Shown piece after piece: positions 38,046 to 52,177 of a DNA stretch of 64,000 nt; positions within the stretch are counted from its first letter, which is position 1; each line of letters starts with the position of its first letter. The DNA is taken from assembly GCF_964355755.1 (NCBI RefSeq), contig NC_092676.1, positions 22,462,871-22,526,870 of the forward strand, in the 5' to 3' direction. This DNA comes from Antedon mediterranea. Its lineage: Eukaryota; Animalia; Echinodermata. The translations under genes and the position numbers were made by a program. The notes under the pieces were generated by a model that had not been told where the DNA came from, did no database searches, and saw nothing but the letters and a program-made list of their open reading frames with translations.

Positions 38046-41000
38046 ATGGATTTCACATTAAACACGCAGGTATTAAGACTTTTACCAGCTGATATGTGCG
38101 ATGTTGATGTACTTGTAGTTGCTAGTAATCCACTGAGATGGAGGTTAGTATTGTCGGCCGAGTAGATTAAACAAATATTTCTTCTGCCTAAACCCAGCGG
38201 TGTTCTCTTCGTGAAGCATTTCTTAAAATTTAGTATAGTATAACAAGCTATTTATATCTCATTAAGTTTTTAGCAACGGCAATGTTTTGTAATTTGAATT
38301 GTAATTATAAAATTTAAATTTAGATAATATCGAGTCATAGTCATGCAATGGGTCATGACGGGTTAGCTACAGACCGTTAAACGCATTGTTGATGATTCAA
38401 TTGGCATGTGGGCCTACCTTCCTATCATCGGATATGATTTGTTAATGCCGGCGCCATCCATTTTTTAACATGTCACAACTTTATTTAAATTTAAATTTAT
38501 TTTTTAAATATAAATGGAACACTACAAAAAGACTTTGGCGTCATCCGACTAGAACGTATGTTATTATGAATTCATTTTGATCAGGCAATCCACTTTACAA
38601 CAATAGTTGAATAGTGGGGGATATTATAGTTATAGTTATAAATTTTGATAAGCGATTGTGAGCAAATTCGGTTTTATGATCGCATTCATTCACTTGACTC
38701 AATTACCACACAAAAAGTGTACAGTATCATTCCCAAATCGACTATTGTATGCCTACCATGTGTTTATTTGCAAAACCGATTTTTACAGAACTATATTTAC
38801 CGATTTAAACGAACTAATTTGCTCTGTATAAGCCAAAACTTAGACTGGAGGCCTTTGACAGTCCCGTACCGGAGTTCCTCCATCGGTTCGTTTCGGACTC
38901 GATCGACTCTCACGCAGCAACGCGAGTTTATCAAAATTATGGTGCGACGACAGTCAAAATGAATCGCACCCGCATCTGATACGCCAGTACTACAGTATTA
39001 CATTGTGTGATCGATTGATTACGTGACTGTTGCGTTATTACTTGGCAAAATTTGGCAAAAAGAATTTTGCCAAGTATAGTATTTACTTTGTTTGTATGTA
39101 CTAGAGGGTGAGCTCGCTTCGCTCGCTCCCCCTCTAGGAAGTGTAGACGATGGTTTTCGGAATGATAATGTTCTCCTTTTTATACGTTTTCTGTCGGTTA
39201 CCATTATTGAAAATGCTTGACATTCGTAAAACTAAACTACTTTGTTTCACAGTGTTTTAGATGATTAATAACATTTTAAAGTACAGTTTTTATTGTTTGG
39301 TAGGGCCCTTTGGGGAGGCGGAGGTCATTTGAGGGAGGTGCTTATTCGAGGGATATATGTTAAATTTTGTAGTTTTAATAATATGGTAACATTTATAATC
39401 AAATGAAATCCTCTAATAGATATGAAAAGTGCTAAAAAAGAATAACAAATGCTTGGTAAATAGTAGATAACAGTGCGGTGAATTCTACTACAAATAGTAC
39501 CGTATAATTGTGTTGTTATAAATATGTGGATGGACGTTTATTAGATAGTTGGGTTGGGGGGGGGGGGATTTATTATTCAAAGTGATGTTTTTAGAGAGGC
39601 GTTTATTCAAATGAATACCATCCTAATAATTATTAATACATTATTTAATTTAATCATCTTTTGAAACTAACTGCCGTGACAGAGTGGGCCCAAGAAAGAA
39701 GACATTATGGTACGGCTTGCAACATGGGCAGACATCTCGGTCCTAACGGGACACAGGAAGATAGCCTACAGTTATTCCTGCAAGCTTACTCAAAATAAAA
39801 CTCAGCTATCGGGATTTCACGCGAAAAATGTCTTATCATCAAATCTCCCTATGTAATTTTATAATACTATTCCCCACAATATATTCTGATTCTTTATGGC
39901 GTATATTTAATTTGATCTTTATTAATTTGCAGTATAATTCCTATTATTTAACTACTGTACACACGCGCCGCGGTATGTTTTAAAATAAACAAAAAACTGA
40001 AATGGCTATGATTAATGGCCTATATCTGATTTTTTTTTCGTCTTCCAAAGGGACACTGTATTGATTGATGGAAAGTGCCTGTTTCCAGTCACCTTTAGGG
40101 TCAAATCTATTATTTTAACTGCTCCCTTGTGTATAAAAGAGAGAAAATATTTGAAACCAGGTTTTTGCAAGGTGAACTTATCTTAAACCCGGAAATTACT
40201 TTGACCGGGAAGAATTGAAATTGAGATGAAAATCTAATGTTGAAATCATAAATTGTGTTAAAAAACTCTTTATAATATCTTCCTAAGATAGAAATATGGA
40301 ACAATAGCGTCGCCGTGAACACTAATGTTATCAAATCTACGTTTCGCGGTACATCTCAGATAGATAAGGTAGGTATCCAAGGCGGAGATTTGTACCGAAG
40401 TTTTTGCATTGTGCTCGCCTATGTCAGAATTAACCATAATTTATATATAGATGTATGTATGTTTGTATGTATGTTTCTTTCTTAGCACGATAGCGCCTAC
40501 AGTTTTCAAGTTATCGTTCTGAATTTTTGGGTGTAGATAGGTATATACTTTCAGACCATGCCTATTGAAAATCAACAAAATTGGTTTATTAATAACTTCA
40601 CAAATAACAAAAATGATATTATTTTCAGACCGGCTAGTGTTAAAAGATAGGAGACAATTTTCAAAAGCCGGTGAGCAGTTTTAAAGTAACACGTAAACTG
40701 AAATTACATTTTCTCGAGAACTACTTGTCCAAAAACCTCATTTTTGGACAAGAGGCAAGGGTTATAATTTGTGATTTGTAATTTGAAAACAAAATTTTAT
40801 TCAATGTACCGGCTTTTTCATACAAATAGTTAAAAAAAATCTATTTATCTATTAAATAGCACGCATTCTGTCTTCTTTTAACATGGACATATTCTTTGAT
40901 ATGGACCAAAACATTAGTCGACTGGTCAAGCGGTTAAGCTTACGACATGGGTTAAGGCAGAGGCGCCGCAAATCGGCACAGCTTCAAGACACTCCTCGAT

Positions 41001-44000
41001 CATTATTCTGGTCAATCTTGATTTTAGAAAGGTCATTGTTGCAATGCCGGAGTTGTTTGTATCCAACAATTATTTAAACAAATTATTACCCCCAGCAGGA
41101 TGGTAACAATGTAAAGCTAATACCTAAGACAAAAAAATGTATCTTTCAACATGCTCCGAGTCAGTGGATATATTTTGCCAAGTACTTCACTCAGTTTCTG
41201 AGTGCTTTCATTGATTGATTGTTTATTTATCGATTGCATGACGTGATTGATTAATTACGTGATTGATTAGTTAATAGCGTGAATGATTGGTTGCCTCGAT
41301 TTTTGCCATGACCTTATTTCTTTTATATAATTATATAAAAATGTATTTTTTTCTTTTTGTTTATGGGTCTTGCATGACAAGAACTCTCTTCTTGCAAGAT
41401 AATCTATTAATAGTATTGTTGTATTGTTATAATATTATTACCATTTTTTTTTTATTGTTTTACCATTGATAGAACTAATAAATGTTGCATGAATTGCATC
41501 ACAGCATGACTGATTGAGGAGTGCGTGCGCTATTGACAATTGTATTGATAAATAAATCTTTTTTTTTAAACTTTCTATGTTATTTCGTCAAAGAAATTTG
41601 CTTGGTACATTAAATAAAGAGAAAGGTTGTAGAATAACGGTTTATTTCACCAAAAGCTGCAATGACATGCAACTACAACGCTTAGTACCTGCCAACGACC
41701 TTACAGAAGAACAATATAAAAGAAGGTAAACATACAAAGACATTGTGAATATCAACATTAGTTGTTGTTGTTGTTGCTAACGTTTTCCGTCTTCCGACAT
41801 ACGCTTTCCACAATTTGTTTCCATTTTTTTCTGTTTATGGCAGGATGGTTTGTTATTGTGTTAGTGTCTACTAGTCCTTGTAAGTCTTTCTTTATTTGAT
41901 TCATCCAGTTATTTCTTGGTCTTCCTACGGGTCGTTTTACTTTCCTGTTAGTTTCCTTCATTGTTTGTTTGATTGGGGTATCATCCGGTAATCTAATTAT
42001 GTGTCCATACCATTTTAGTCTCCTTCGTTTAATTCTTTTACTCCATTCTTCTTGTTTTGTTATCTCGTATATTTTCGTGTTACACACTCTATCTGTTAAT
42101 TTAATATCTATCATCTTTCGCAACATTTTCCTGTGATATATATCTATACTCTCTTGTAATTTTTTTTTTTTTTCAACATTAGTAAACTGTAAAAATAGTG
42201 TTTAGATCGTAAACATATTTTGTAATCATTTTTTCAACACATTTAGCCTTAAACATGTTCTAAATACATTCTAAACATGTAGTCTGTATCCAACTCAACA
42301 AACCAGTGACGTGTTGATTGTTAAACATGTGGAGCAATAAAGACACGTTTAGGTTTTAACACGCTAAACATGTAACTACGTGTTTAAAAGCTAAATGTTT
42401 GGAAAAAATAGGTACAAAATAGATGTTTAAGATCTAAACACTATTTTTACATGTGTAGTACCTATCCCATCACTACTGTCAGTGCAGTATGATTTTGTTA
42501 ATTAACTATCACGTATCAATAATGATTATATGGTACTTTTTGTGAAATGATAATTACAATGGTAGGCCTATTTCTTTTCATAATAATTAATGGATTAATG
42601 AATATCGATTATTAATGAATATCGATTATTAATGAATATCGATTATTAATGAATATCGATTATTAATGAATATCGATTATTTGTCTCCACCAAGAAATGG
42701 TTGACCACTGTTCAGATGATAGACGTTGTTTGCACAAAAAAATCATGGAACTATAAATAATTACCTAGTTGATAGGTCCCACAATAAAACATATTATGTA
42801 TTGATTTCATTTCAATTCATTTATTTATTCGACCAATAAACAGATACAGAACAGAAACAAAGAACAATGGTCAGGTGCAACTAAAGCAAAACAATTAATA
42901 TAACTCAACGAGTCAGTTGCCCCTTAAAAAACAATGAAATACAAAAAATATTGCGTCAACAAGACGATAAACAAAATGTCCTACGATCTAGTGTGTATTA
43001 TTCAATAGAATTCTTCTGACACCGACATAACTCGAAAACAAGCCCATCTCGATATAGCTATAATGGTCTGTGCTTTTTTTCCTAATCAATATTACAAAGG
43101 TCATACATACGTTATATTTTCCGGATTTTCAGTAAAAAGTAATGTCTAGGTGGCACAAATGAATCTTCCACCATTCTATTCCACTAAAACACATTGATTT
43201 AAAATAGAATTTATTGTTTTATTAGTGCACGGCCTACTTAATATTTCGGCCCATATTGACAGATCTCGAGATTGTATAAGCAAACCAAATATTACGTATT
43301 TGATGAATAAAAAAATAGGTCATGGTCAGACTGATTTGATTTGATTTGAATTTATTTGGAAAATCATCATAAAAAATACATACAAAGTGATAACATAAAT
43401 TACAGACATTACAAATAATACATTTATAAAAGACTTTCCAGGATAGCCCAAAAAGCTTATCAGCTTATTTCCATTGGGATCCTTTTACAATCTAAAATAA
43501 AAAATATAAACATTACAAAGTATTGCATTAAACACGTAAATATTACAAAAACAATAATATAAAAAACAAGTTAAATTAAAGATTATGATTGACTTATAAA
43601 ATTATTTGGTAGAACAGAAATGTGATTTAACATTTTTCTTAAAATTAAATTTGTTTTCTATTTGTTGAATGGAATGAGATAGGTTATTCCATGCCTTTAT
43701 GCCTGTATAATAAAACGTTTTAGATATCTGACTATCAGATTTAGGAACTGAAAAACCATTGACACTACTTCTAGTCATATAATGGTGGTTAGATGAAACT
43801 CTTTGAAACTTTTCAGTCAAATAAGGTACTGATTTTCCATAAAAAATCTTATGAACATGATTAAGTTTGAGTTGGCAAATTCTATCCTCTAGACATAATT
43901 GACCGATTTGGTTCAGTTCGTCTTTAGACTGTAGTTGCCTAGTAGGCCTACTATTTGTAGATAGACCGGTTATTGTAAAACAATAAACGCATTAAATATA

Positions 44001-47000
44001 TCTAATTATCACTAATTATTGTTACCGTATGTATTAATTTTTTAACAGATTTTATGCTGTTGTTGTTTTTGATCCGATATCAGATAAAGTAGTGCTAAAT
44101 ATTCTTAAGAACTTATCCCTGACGCTTTTATCTGATGGAGGCTATTTGGTGTGTATACAAAGTTGTAGTGAACGGGATACTTATGGTATGGATATTTTTG
44201 AACAAGTTATAAACAATTGATAATAAATATAGTAACCAGCTTGAAATGATAACCCGAAGAAGACCATTGAGTGTTTGGTGCTGCGCCCCACCTATCCGTG
44301 TTAATTTGTTTGAACCGCATGCTTCAATTGATTAAAATATATGTCTTTTATATATTATTGTAGACCAAGCTAGCTTAACCGATGTTGAGAAATGTCTTAA
44401 GGACATTCGTTTGGATGGCAGTGATCTTTGTCTGCGTTTTGTGTCTGGAAAACTGCTGCAGTCTAGTGACGTCACACAAAAGGTTATGTTGCGTTAAAAT
44501 CGTTTGTCGTTACCATTTTTCTTGCGTTGCGTCGATTTTATAAATTTTCGATCGTAATCGGTTTCCTGTAAAATCCGCATTTCCTACGACAAATCGACGT
44601 AGTCGCAACAAAAGTGATGTTCTTACGTTTACAGGAAACCAGGCTTTAGCTAAATTTATGACATTCAGATTAATCGTCGTCGCATGGAGGAATTTTTGTT
44701 TAAAACCAAAACTACAATTCCTCCATGGACGTCTTATCGTGGCACTGTATATAACTACTGTGTTTTTCTGCGGCGTCCTCAAATATTATAGTATAAGGTT
44801 TCGTGTGTTGAACCACGGAGTAACTCCATGGTTGAACAAGGCCATAGACATGGCTACAGTCGCGTGATCAAATTTGAGTTAGTGTTTACCGACCGACCGA
44901 CCGACCGACATAGTGAGCTGTAAAAATACACTCGGTGGTTTTCGCTTTTACATGGAGGAATAGTTGATAGAATCCTAGCCACCGTTATATTATAGTATTT
45001 TTTTCATTTTGGACGACTCCACTAATAATTCAACTTAAACAAGTTTCGGTTACCTTGCACTAGGCACTATCAACACTTTTACTTACGGAGGGATAGTTAA
45101 TAGAATTCTAGCCTAACGGTTACATTTTATTTTGCTCATTTTGGATGACCACTCACATATGACCTTAATAAGTTTCCATAAGTCCGAGTTAGACCACTGT
45201 TGCACTAATTACAACCTATATACCATCACTTTACTTACAGACAGCGTATTGTGCCGTTCACAAGTTGTCCACTCTCGAATCAAGAAACTTCTTAGATAGT
45301 AATAGTTTCCAAGATGTTCTAAATGATCAAGTTTATTCAACGGATGTTCCTCAGATGTATGAGATTCTTTACGGAAAGACGAATTTTATGAGTACTGGTG
45401 GGGCAACGGCAAATCTAGAGGTTTTTATTTTTCCGTTTGTTATTTTGACAGAGTTAGTACCTCTAGTTTGTTCAACTCATTTACAGCTGACTGGAATGGG
45501 AGTTATGTTCTTATCGGGAAAGTGTACCCGATTCTTTCTGTATGATAGTCAAGTGTCGACCCCCTCGGCAACTCCTCTGTCTTTCCTACTATTATTCAAC
45601 CATTATAATACCTAAATTGTAGTTTAACCATTGTGTATCGGTATCACTGTTTAGGTAGCATTAAAAAATCTAAAACTGGAGCCTGGTATGACAATTCTTG
45701 ACGTGGGGTCTGGTATAGGTGGATTTTTGTTTAAATTTGCTAAGGTAAGTCATTTTGGTTCTGTTGCCTTCTGAGCTATTTTTTCCCTTAAATTTATTTA
45801 TAAAAATACACCCACAGATGGGGACGAGATACAAACAAATAGAAAACAATAATAACAATAGTTTTCAATTAATTTTGGAAAGATTCCGAAAATAAAAGGT
45901 GGGTGCGGTGGGATGTGCTCTTTTTCTCTCTTTTTTATATATGAAAATAATAATTATAATAAAAACAAACCAACAAATGTCCAAATACACTCAGAACGAC
46001 CAAAGCTAAGTTAGTAAAAAGAGTATTTTACTATGACTATATAATTTCGATATAAATAAACTAAACAGTTGCTATGGCTTAAATTCACTGAAACAGAACG
46101 TTTAGTTGTTTCAGTTGAAATTTGTAAATATTTAAAAAAAGGAGAAGATAAATGGTTCCAAAACCAGTGTTTATAGTCTGCTGAAATAGATTACAAAAAG
46201 GGGCTAGGTTTTTTTGCAACAACTTATACGTTATTGATGATTTTTATGTGATTCTTTTTAAACTTCAGGAACATGGCCTTGAAGTTTATGGACTGGATCT
46301 TTGTAGGAATTTGGTCGATAGAGCGACACAGACATCAAGAGGATTACCACAACTAAAGGTCGAGTTTGACTCCAATACCGATAACGTTTTCGCTTTATTA
46401 GGCCTATATTATCAACTATTGAAAATAGTATTTTCTGTTTATCAAATTCTCTATCTACACTTATTACGCATAACAAGTTAAGGTCACATTCAATAAAATA
46501 GGTAGATGGAGTTTATAGTTAGTTTTATTGAACTTTTGAGTTGTTGATAAAATAACTTAGTTTATTACTATAGGTGGAGTTTGAAGTTTGCGATGTATCA
46601 CTTCGACATTTTCCAGAAGCATCGTTTGATGCTATATTTAGTAAAGATGTTCTGTATCATGTAAAAGACAAAGACTCTCTCTACAAGCGGTTCTTGGTAA
46701 GTCTTAGCATATCTCTTGCCTAGACCTACTTATAGACCTACATCATACATATTATTGAATGGTTAACTGAATCTCAAGGTTTAATATTTCAATTTAGAGC
46801 ATGAAGCTATTACATATTTTAGCTCCATGTTTAGAGGACCTCAGATTTGGAATGCACTTTAAAGAAGAACTAATCTAATACATCTTTCGAGACATGTAGG
46901 GGGTTACTCCGGCGTACTCCAGGACAGACAGAGCCTGAATATGTGTTGAAAACAAAATCTATCGACATTTTTTTAGATATGTTTTGTTTTTTCTGATTAG

Positions 47001-48534
47001 CCTAATCACAGGTTTTCTTGGTGTGGGGTCTTCACATATCTTATATCTTATATTTGTATATTTTGAACATTTATTGTAGTTGAATTGCGAGTTATGTCAT
47101 TAAAGTAGACCTCGTTGTATTGAATAAATCATTCGTTATGCCGAATTAAACAAAACAAAAATAAATTACATTGTTTCGTATAGCGTTCAATTCTTACTTA
47201 GAAACAGATGAAAATAATCATATTTATAAAAAAAACTGACGCGATTTTATTGCTGCTGAATGGAAGAACTTCGACCATTTCTTTCCAAAGGACATAATTG
47301 TTGATTTTATTTCCCGTTTTCTGTTTCAAGACGTGGTTAAAACCTGGTGGTAAGCTATTGGTTGTCGATTTTAATCGATGTGACGAAGACCTCAGTGACG
47401 CTTTCAAATCTTACTTGGAGTTCAGGAAAAACACATGGTATCTTTTGACACTAAACGAATATGAAAAGGTTTGAATGTAATGTTAAAACAAACGTTAAGG
47501 TCCATACTCTAACTCATAGAAAATATTTGTCCTTAACTCACCTCTTTAATAGTCTATTTCGTAGGAAAACTTAAATCTACAGTTACAATATATTTCAGGA
47601 AAAAACCCTTTTTATTAGTAGATTTTTGGTTCGTATTGGAACTACTCATTTACTGAAATGGATGTCCGTGACCGCCATGCATGCTGTGGAAGAAGTTCCT
47701 AAGCGCTTCCAACCCGTCAAAAAATCCCGCGTTCAAATGTCAAATATTAGTTATAGAGTTTCTCTAAAGCCTGTTTCCCATTATGCAAATTTGTTCGCGC
47801 GAATCCAACCTTTCACAGAGAAAAATTTTTTCATTTCATTATATAGTTGAAGGTAAAATTACACATCTTTGTTTTCACAGTGTATACAAAACGCAGGTTT
47901 CATCAACATTACTGCCGAAGATATATCTCTGTTGCAGACAAATACAATAGTAAACGAATGTGAAATGATGAAGAATAAACGAGAAGAAATAATTCAGGTG
48001 CAGTACAAAATTAGGTTAGAATAGATGCAGTAGTAGTATCATGATGACAACATTTCTTTTTCAGGCTTTAACTGTTTGCTGGTGCCAAGAAGACTGTAAG
48101 AAATATACATGCACGCAAGCGCGTATTTCAATGAAGCATACATTGTCACAAATAAAATGTACTACTGTACCTACAATCCACCAATTCAGTGGAAAAGCGC
48201 ACCGAATGTCCCGCATGCACAATGGGTTTACGTGAAGTTGAAGTATCAGTTCCTGGTCGTCGAAAATTTTCCTATTCATTATATTACAACTTAATCCGCA
48301 TGAATACAGTACATTTATATGTCAATTTGTTTACATTTTACAAATAGGCCTAGAGATTTAAAAAAAAATATTGAATTATTGTTCTATTTTCAGAAATTTG
48401 ATGAAAAATCTTACAATCGGTGGATTTCAAAGTTGGAAATAAAACACAAAGTTACTGAAAGCGGCAACCATTTATGGGGACTATTTTACGGAGAGAAAGC
48501 GAAGAATAATTTGAAAACTGACAAGGGTTATTAA
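38046..48534 (+). CDS. Phosphoethanolamine N-methyltransferase-like SAM methyltransferase (~454 aa); degenerate N-terminal domain, intact C-terminal domain
   Basis: Exons 38046-38143, 41594-41725, 44049-44185, 44364-44482, 45241-45420, 45655-45744, 46269-46358, 46574-46696, 47331-47468, 47881-47997, 48394-48534 (1365 nt). Motifs YEILYG..FMSTGG, ILDVGSGIGG, GLDL, FDAIFSKDVLYH, WLKPGGKLL, WGLF. The first four exons are less certain. Confidence 0.82.
39101..39137. repeat. GC-rich hairpin bounded by CTAG (Helitron/Helentron-type end)
   Basis: ctagagggtgagctcgcttcgctcgctccccctctag. Confidence 0.45.
40408..40900 (+). mobile_element. DINE-1/Helentron-associated-like element fragment
   Basis: (GTAT)n microsatellite followed by a tagcacgatagc...aatttttggg core. 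Boundaries approximate. Confidence 0.4.
41758..42160 (-). mobile_element. RTE-like LINE 3' fragment with (AAC)n tail
   Basis: RRLKWYGHIIR...RPVGRPRNNW motif; aac repeats at the end. Confidence 0.85.
42185..42455. mobile_element. MITE with CACTG-like TIRs
   Basis: tgtaaaaatagtgtttagatc is inverted to gatctaaacactatttttaca. Confidence 0.7.
42594..42681. repeat. 17-bp minisatellite, 5 copies (attaatgaatatcgatt)
   Basis: Perfect tandem copies. Confidence 0.92.
43332..43895 (-). mobile_element. CR1/L2-like LINE 3' fragment with (AAATC)n tail
   Basis: HHYMTRSS...TFYYTGIKAWNNL...FKK motif; UTR ending in AATAAA and aaatc repeats. Confidence 0.8.
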
Positions 48535-50289
48535 TGCCAAATGTAGGCTACTCCATGTAGACCTATAGTTAGAGATGGCACTTTAATCTACATTCACCGT
48601 TTTTGACGGAACAGAAGACGGGTGTCATTTTGTTAAATTATGGTCAATCAAGTACGTTGCCATTCCGTAAAATAACAGAACAAATGTGAATGGATGTAGC
48701 GTTAGTATCCTGCAGAATTATAATATTCTATGCCTAGGTCTATGATGCTGATTTCATTATTATAATAAGGGGACACGAAAATGAAACCAAAATAAATACA
48801 TAATACATACATTAATTAAGGAAAAAAAATCAGGAGGAAAAAAAAGTTAGTTTAATTTCAGTAGTATTAGTTAGCAAACACAAAAACTGTAATTTCGTTT
48901 GGAATTGTATAATAATTATTATTATAATCCTTAATTTATTAAACTATTAATATAATTATTGTGTCGTTTGTTTTCTTGATGATATTATTAATTGGGCCGC
49001 ATAGGCTATAGGCATACTTCAAAAATAAATGAGAGATTGATCGAGTGATGGCTACTGTGATCCAGTCTGATATGTTGTGAATTAGAAAGAAACACCGGAA
49101 AATTCCGTAGGCCAACATGCACACTAACAACAAAACATCACATCACAGGAGGCCCTGAGGGTAGCCTTCAGTTTCAGAAGAAACATAATCAGTATATTTA
49201 ATTTGTATCATTAGTATTATTTTGTTTCAGGACCCCAAACTATCCTGGTCAAAATAATTTTAAGACTTTTACATTTTTATGACGACTGACGCTAACGCTT
49301 TTTTCAAAATTATTTACCATACCTTTAGGTCTGTCACTTTTAATAAATGTAATTTTTGCAATTTGTTTTACAGATTTTACTTTTTTTACTCTGATTTAGC
49401 ATTTTTATACTACTAATTTTAAATTGTATATACTGTATATATGTATTTGTATTGAAATGTGTGGTTTTGACCAAATGAATGAATGAATCATAAAACCCTA
49501 CCGGTACGGGTCCTACACCGGGCGAAGATTAGCATTGATCTCGATCGATTGTCGTCGTCGGCGTTTCATATTTCATTTTTATAATCTATAGAGGGCGAGT
49601 GATGGCACGCCGAATCGGCGATCAAAAACACAAGCTCGGCGGCTTAAATTTCCCCGATGGTGGTTTACGAATTTATCGGTTAATTTTTGTCTGTTTAAAA
49701 TAACATTGCAGAGGTCTAGCAAAAGTAATTTATCACTATTGTAAGCATATGGATCAGCAATATTACCTTATGTACTTATTGTAATTTGTAAGAGATTAAT
49801 AATTCATTATTATGTTTATTTTTGGTAGAACTAAACTTAACCTGGTCCTAGCTAGGAGGCCTAGCTAGCTAACCTTCCAACAGTGAGCGAGAACCTCTCC
49901 AGCAGATAGTGTGTTCGCGGCAGGCTTGGCCTAGCCTAGATCTTTAAAAAGCTTAGGCCTAGTCCTAAGTATCCCAACGTTAGTAGGCCTAGCTAGGCTA
50001 TCTAGGCCTATAGAATAATAATCGTTTCATTTATTTACATTTAACATTAAATGTATCAGGTGATCAGTAATAATGCAAACATACATATAATTACGTCAAT
50101 GAATCCGTTACCATTTTGTTTCTATATCTAGGCCTACATTCGTTTCTTGGAATCAAATCCATGTTGTTGGGATTTATCCCTTGCAAATAAAAAATATTAT
50201 TTATCTACCGATAGGATTGGGCCGATTAGAATGCATTTGCCAACATTCTTTTACATATTTCACAACATTATACAGTGTAGGTATAATTT

Positions 50290-50760
50290 AACCGATTGTA
50301 ATGTAGTATTTAGGATATTTTAATATCGATTGTAGGCTACTGTAGCTAGTATTTAAATTGTTTTTATTCCGATTGTGATGTTTAGTTGTTTTGTAGTTTA
50401 ACATGTTTTAATTCCGATTGTATTGTAGTATTTAGGATGTTATATTCCGATTGTACTTTAGTATTTAGTTTAGTTGTATTGTAGTTTAACATGTTTTAAT
50501 TCCGATTGTATTGTAGTAAGGATGTTTTAATTCTGATTGTACCTGTAGTCTTTAATATATGTTTTGATTCCATACTATAGTATTTAGTTTAGTTGTAAGT
50601 TTAAAATGTTTTAATTCCGATTGTACTGTATTGTAGTATTTAACATTTTCTAATTTCGAATCCAATTGTACTAACATTTAATGTGTTTAAATCCAGATAG
50701 GCATAACATAGTATTTAATATATTTAATTTTGATTATACTGTAGTGTTTAGTTTAGTTTT
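50290..50760. repeat. Degenerate ~30-bp tandem repeat (attccgattgtattgtagtatttag...)
   Basis: Roughly ten decayed copies. Confidence 0.7.
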
Positions 50761-50816
50761 TATATATACGGTAGTAGGTCTAAGTACAGAAGTATACCTA
50801 GCCTACTTATAGTTAA

Positions 50817-51428
50817 AGCCCCCTTCCCTACGTTTTTTAGATCTAATTTAAGATCACAAACTATATTTAATGTAAAAATAATACTATATGGTCCTATTGC
50901 GATAACTTTTTTCGTCTTTAAACGGTTAAAAATGTGAAAAATAAGTCGATTCTAATAATTATAGCGGCCCGCTATAAATCCCAAAATGCATTGCGCGCGG
51001 ATTGATATTTTTGTTTTTCACCTGTAATTCGCCCACTTTTCGATCGATCGTGAGGACAAAACAAATGGAAGACTCCTAACTTTTCAGCGAAAATACTGGG
51101 TTTTCCCCAATTTGTATCAACGGAGTCTGGCAAAAATAGAAAGACAATTAATGCAGCAACTATACAACGTCAGGCTAGGTATATAGCTAGCGTATGATGT
51201 TCGTACGTTACCGATGTTTACCAGCTAGTCCTACAAAACTAAGCCTAGCCTCCGTCCACGAGAGGTCGATCGCCGCGAGCTACTTAGTTAGTGCATTGTT
51301 TCTCACTTTTTATCATAATTTACCATAAAACGTACATTTAAGACAAGGAATGACATGGTTTAATGTTTTTAAAGTGATATATATGTATTATTTTCCAAAA
51401 AACGTCTAAAATTGCAGGGAAGGGGTCT
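50817..51428. mobile_element. Kolobok-like non-autonomous element
   Basis: TTAA on both sides; AG...CT ends; TIRs agcccccttccctac and gcagggaaggggtct. Confidence 0.7.
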
Positions 51429-52177
51429 TTAATATATAGTACTGTAATATTGTTAAAAAATCTTGGCACTCCGTAACACAGTACAAAAAAAAGTACATGC
51501 TTGCTAGTTTTTTTTCTGTATTGTTCCTTGTAGTTTGTACTGCAGGTTACATAACAGAACAATTGTATTGTCTTCCTATTCAATAGACACCCTTCTCTAC
51601 ATAAAACATCACACCCCTATCATAATAATGGTATAGTCCATATAAGTCAAGGTGGCCGAAAACGGCACCTGATCCATTGTGTTTTTTAGGAGTATTGTAA
51701 ACTTTCAACAACAAAATGTTTATCTTCTAAACTAGGCTAGGTAGGCTTACAGTATGCCTGGCTAATAAGTAACAATAGTTGGCCTAGCTAGGCCTACCTA
51801 GTTTTGCACTAATTCTCTAGACTAGGGGGCCTGCTAGCCCTGCATCAGCCTACACTCATAGGCCTAGTAGTACCTAGTCTCCTCTACTCTACCATAGAGT
51901 TTTGGTAGCACTTAGACCTAACTTCAGTCATGATATACTGTAAATAAATGTGTGAAAACATTTCGGTCATCACCACACCGTTGTTTGGCTTAACTACCAA
52001 TTGCTGTACACATTCACGTTAAATCTAACTGTCAACAGTGTTGTGTCTTCCTTGTTGCACTTTTTTTATGTACATAATTTTTCTTTACTCAGGAATGTAG
52101 AAGTTATTCAACGACGTGACCCATTAGGAGCAATTTTTATATTTCTTTTGATTCACCAAAATTTTGAAACACCAAAA

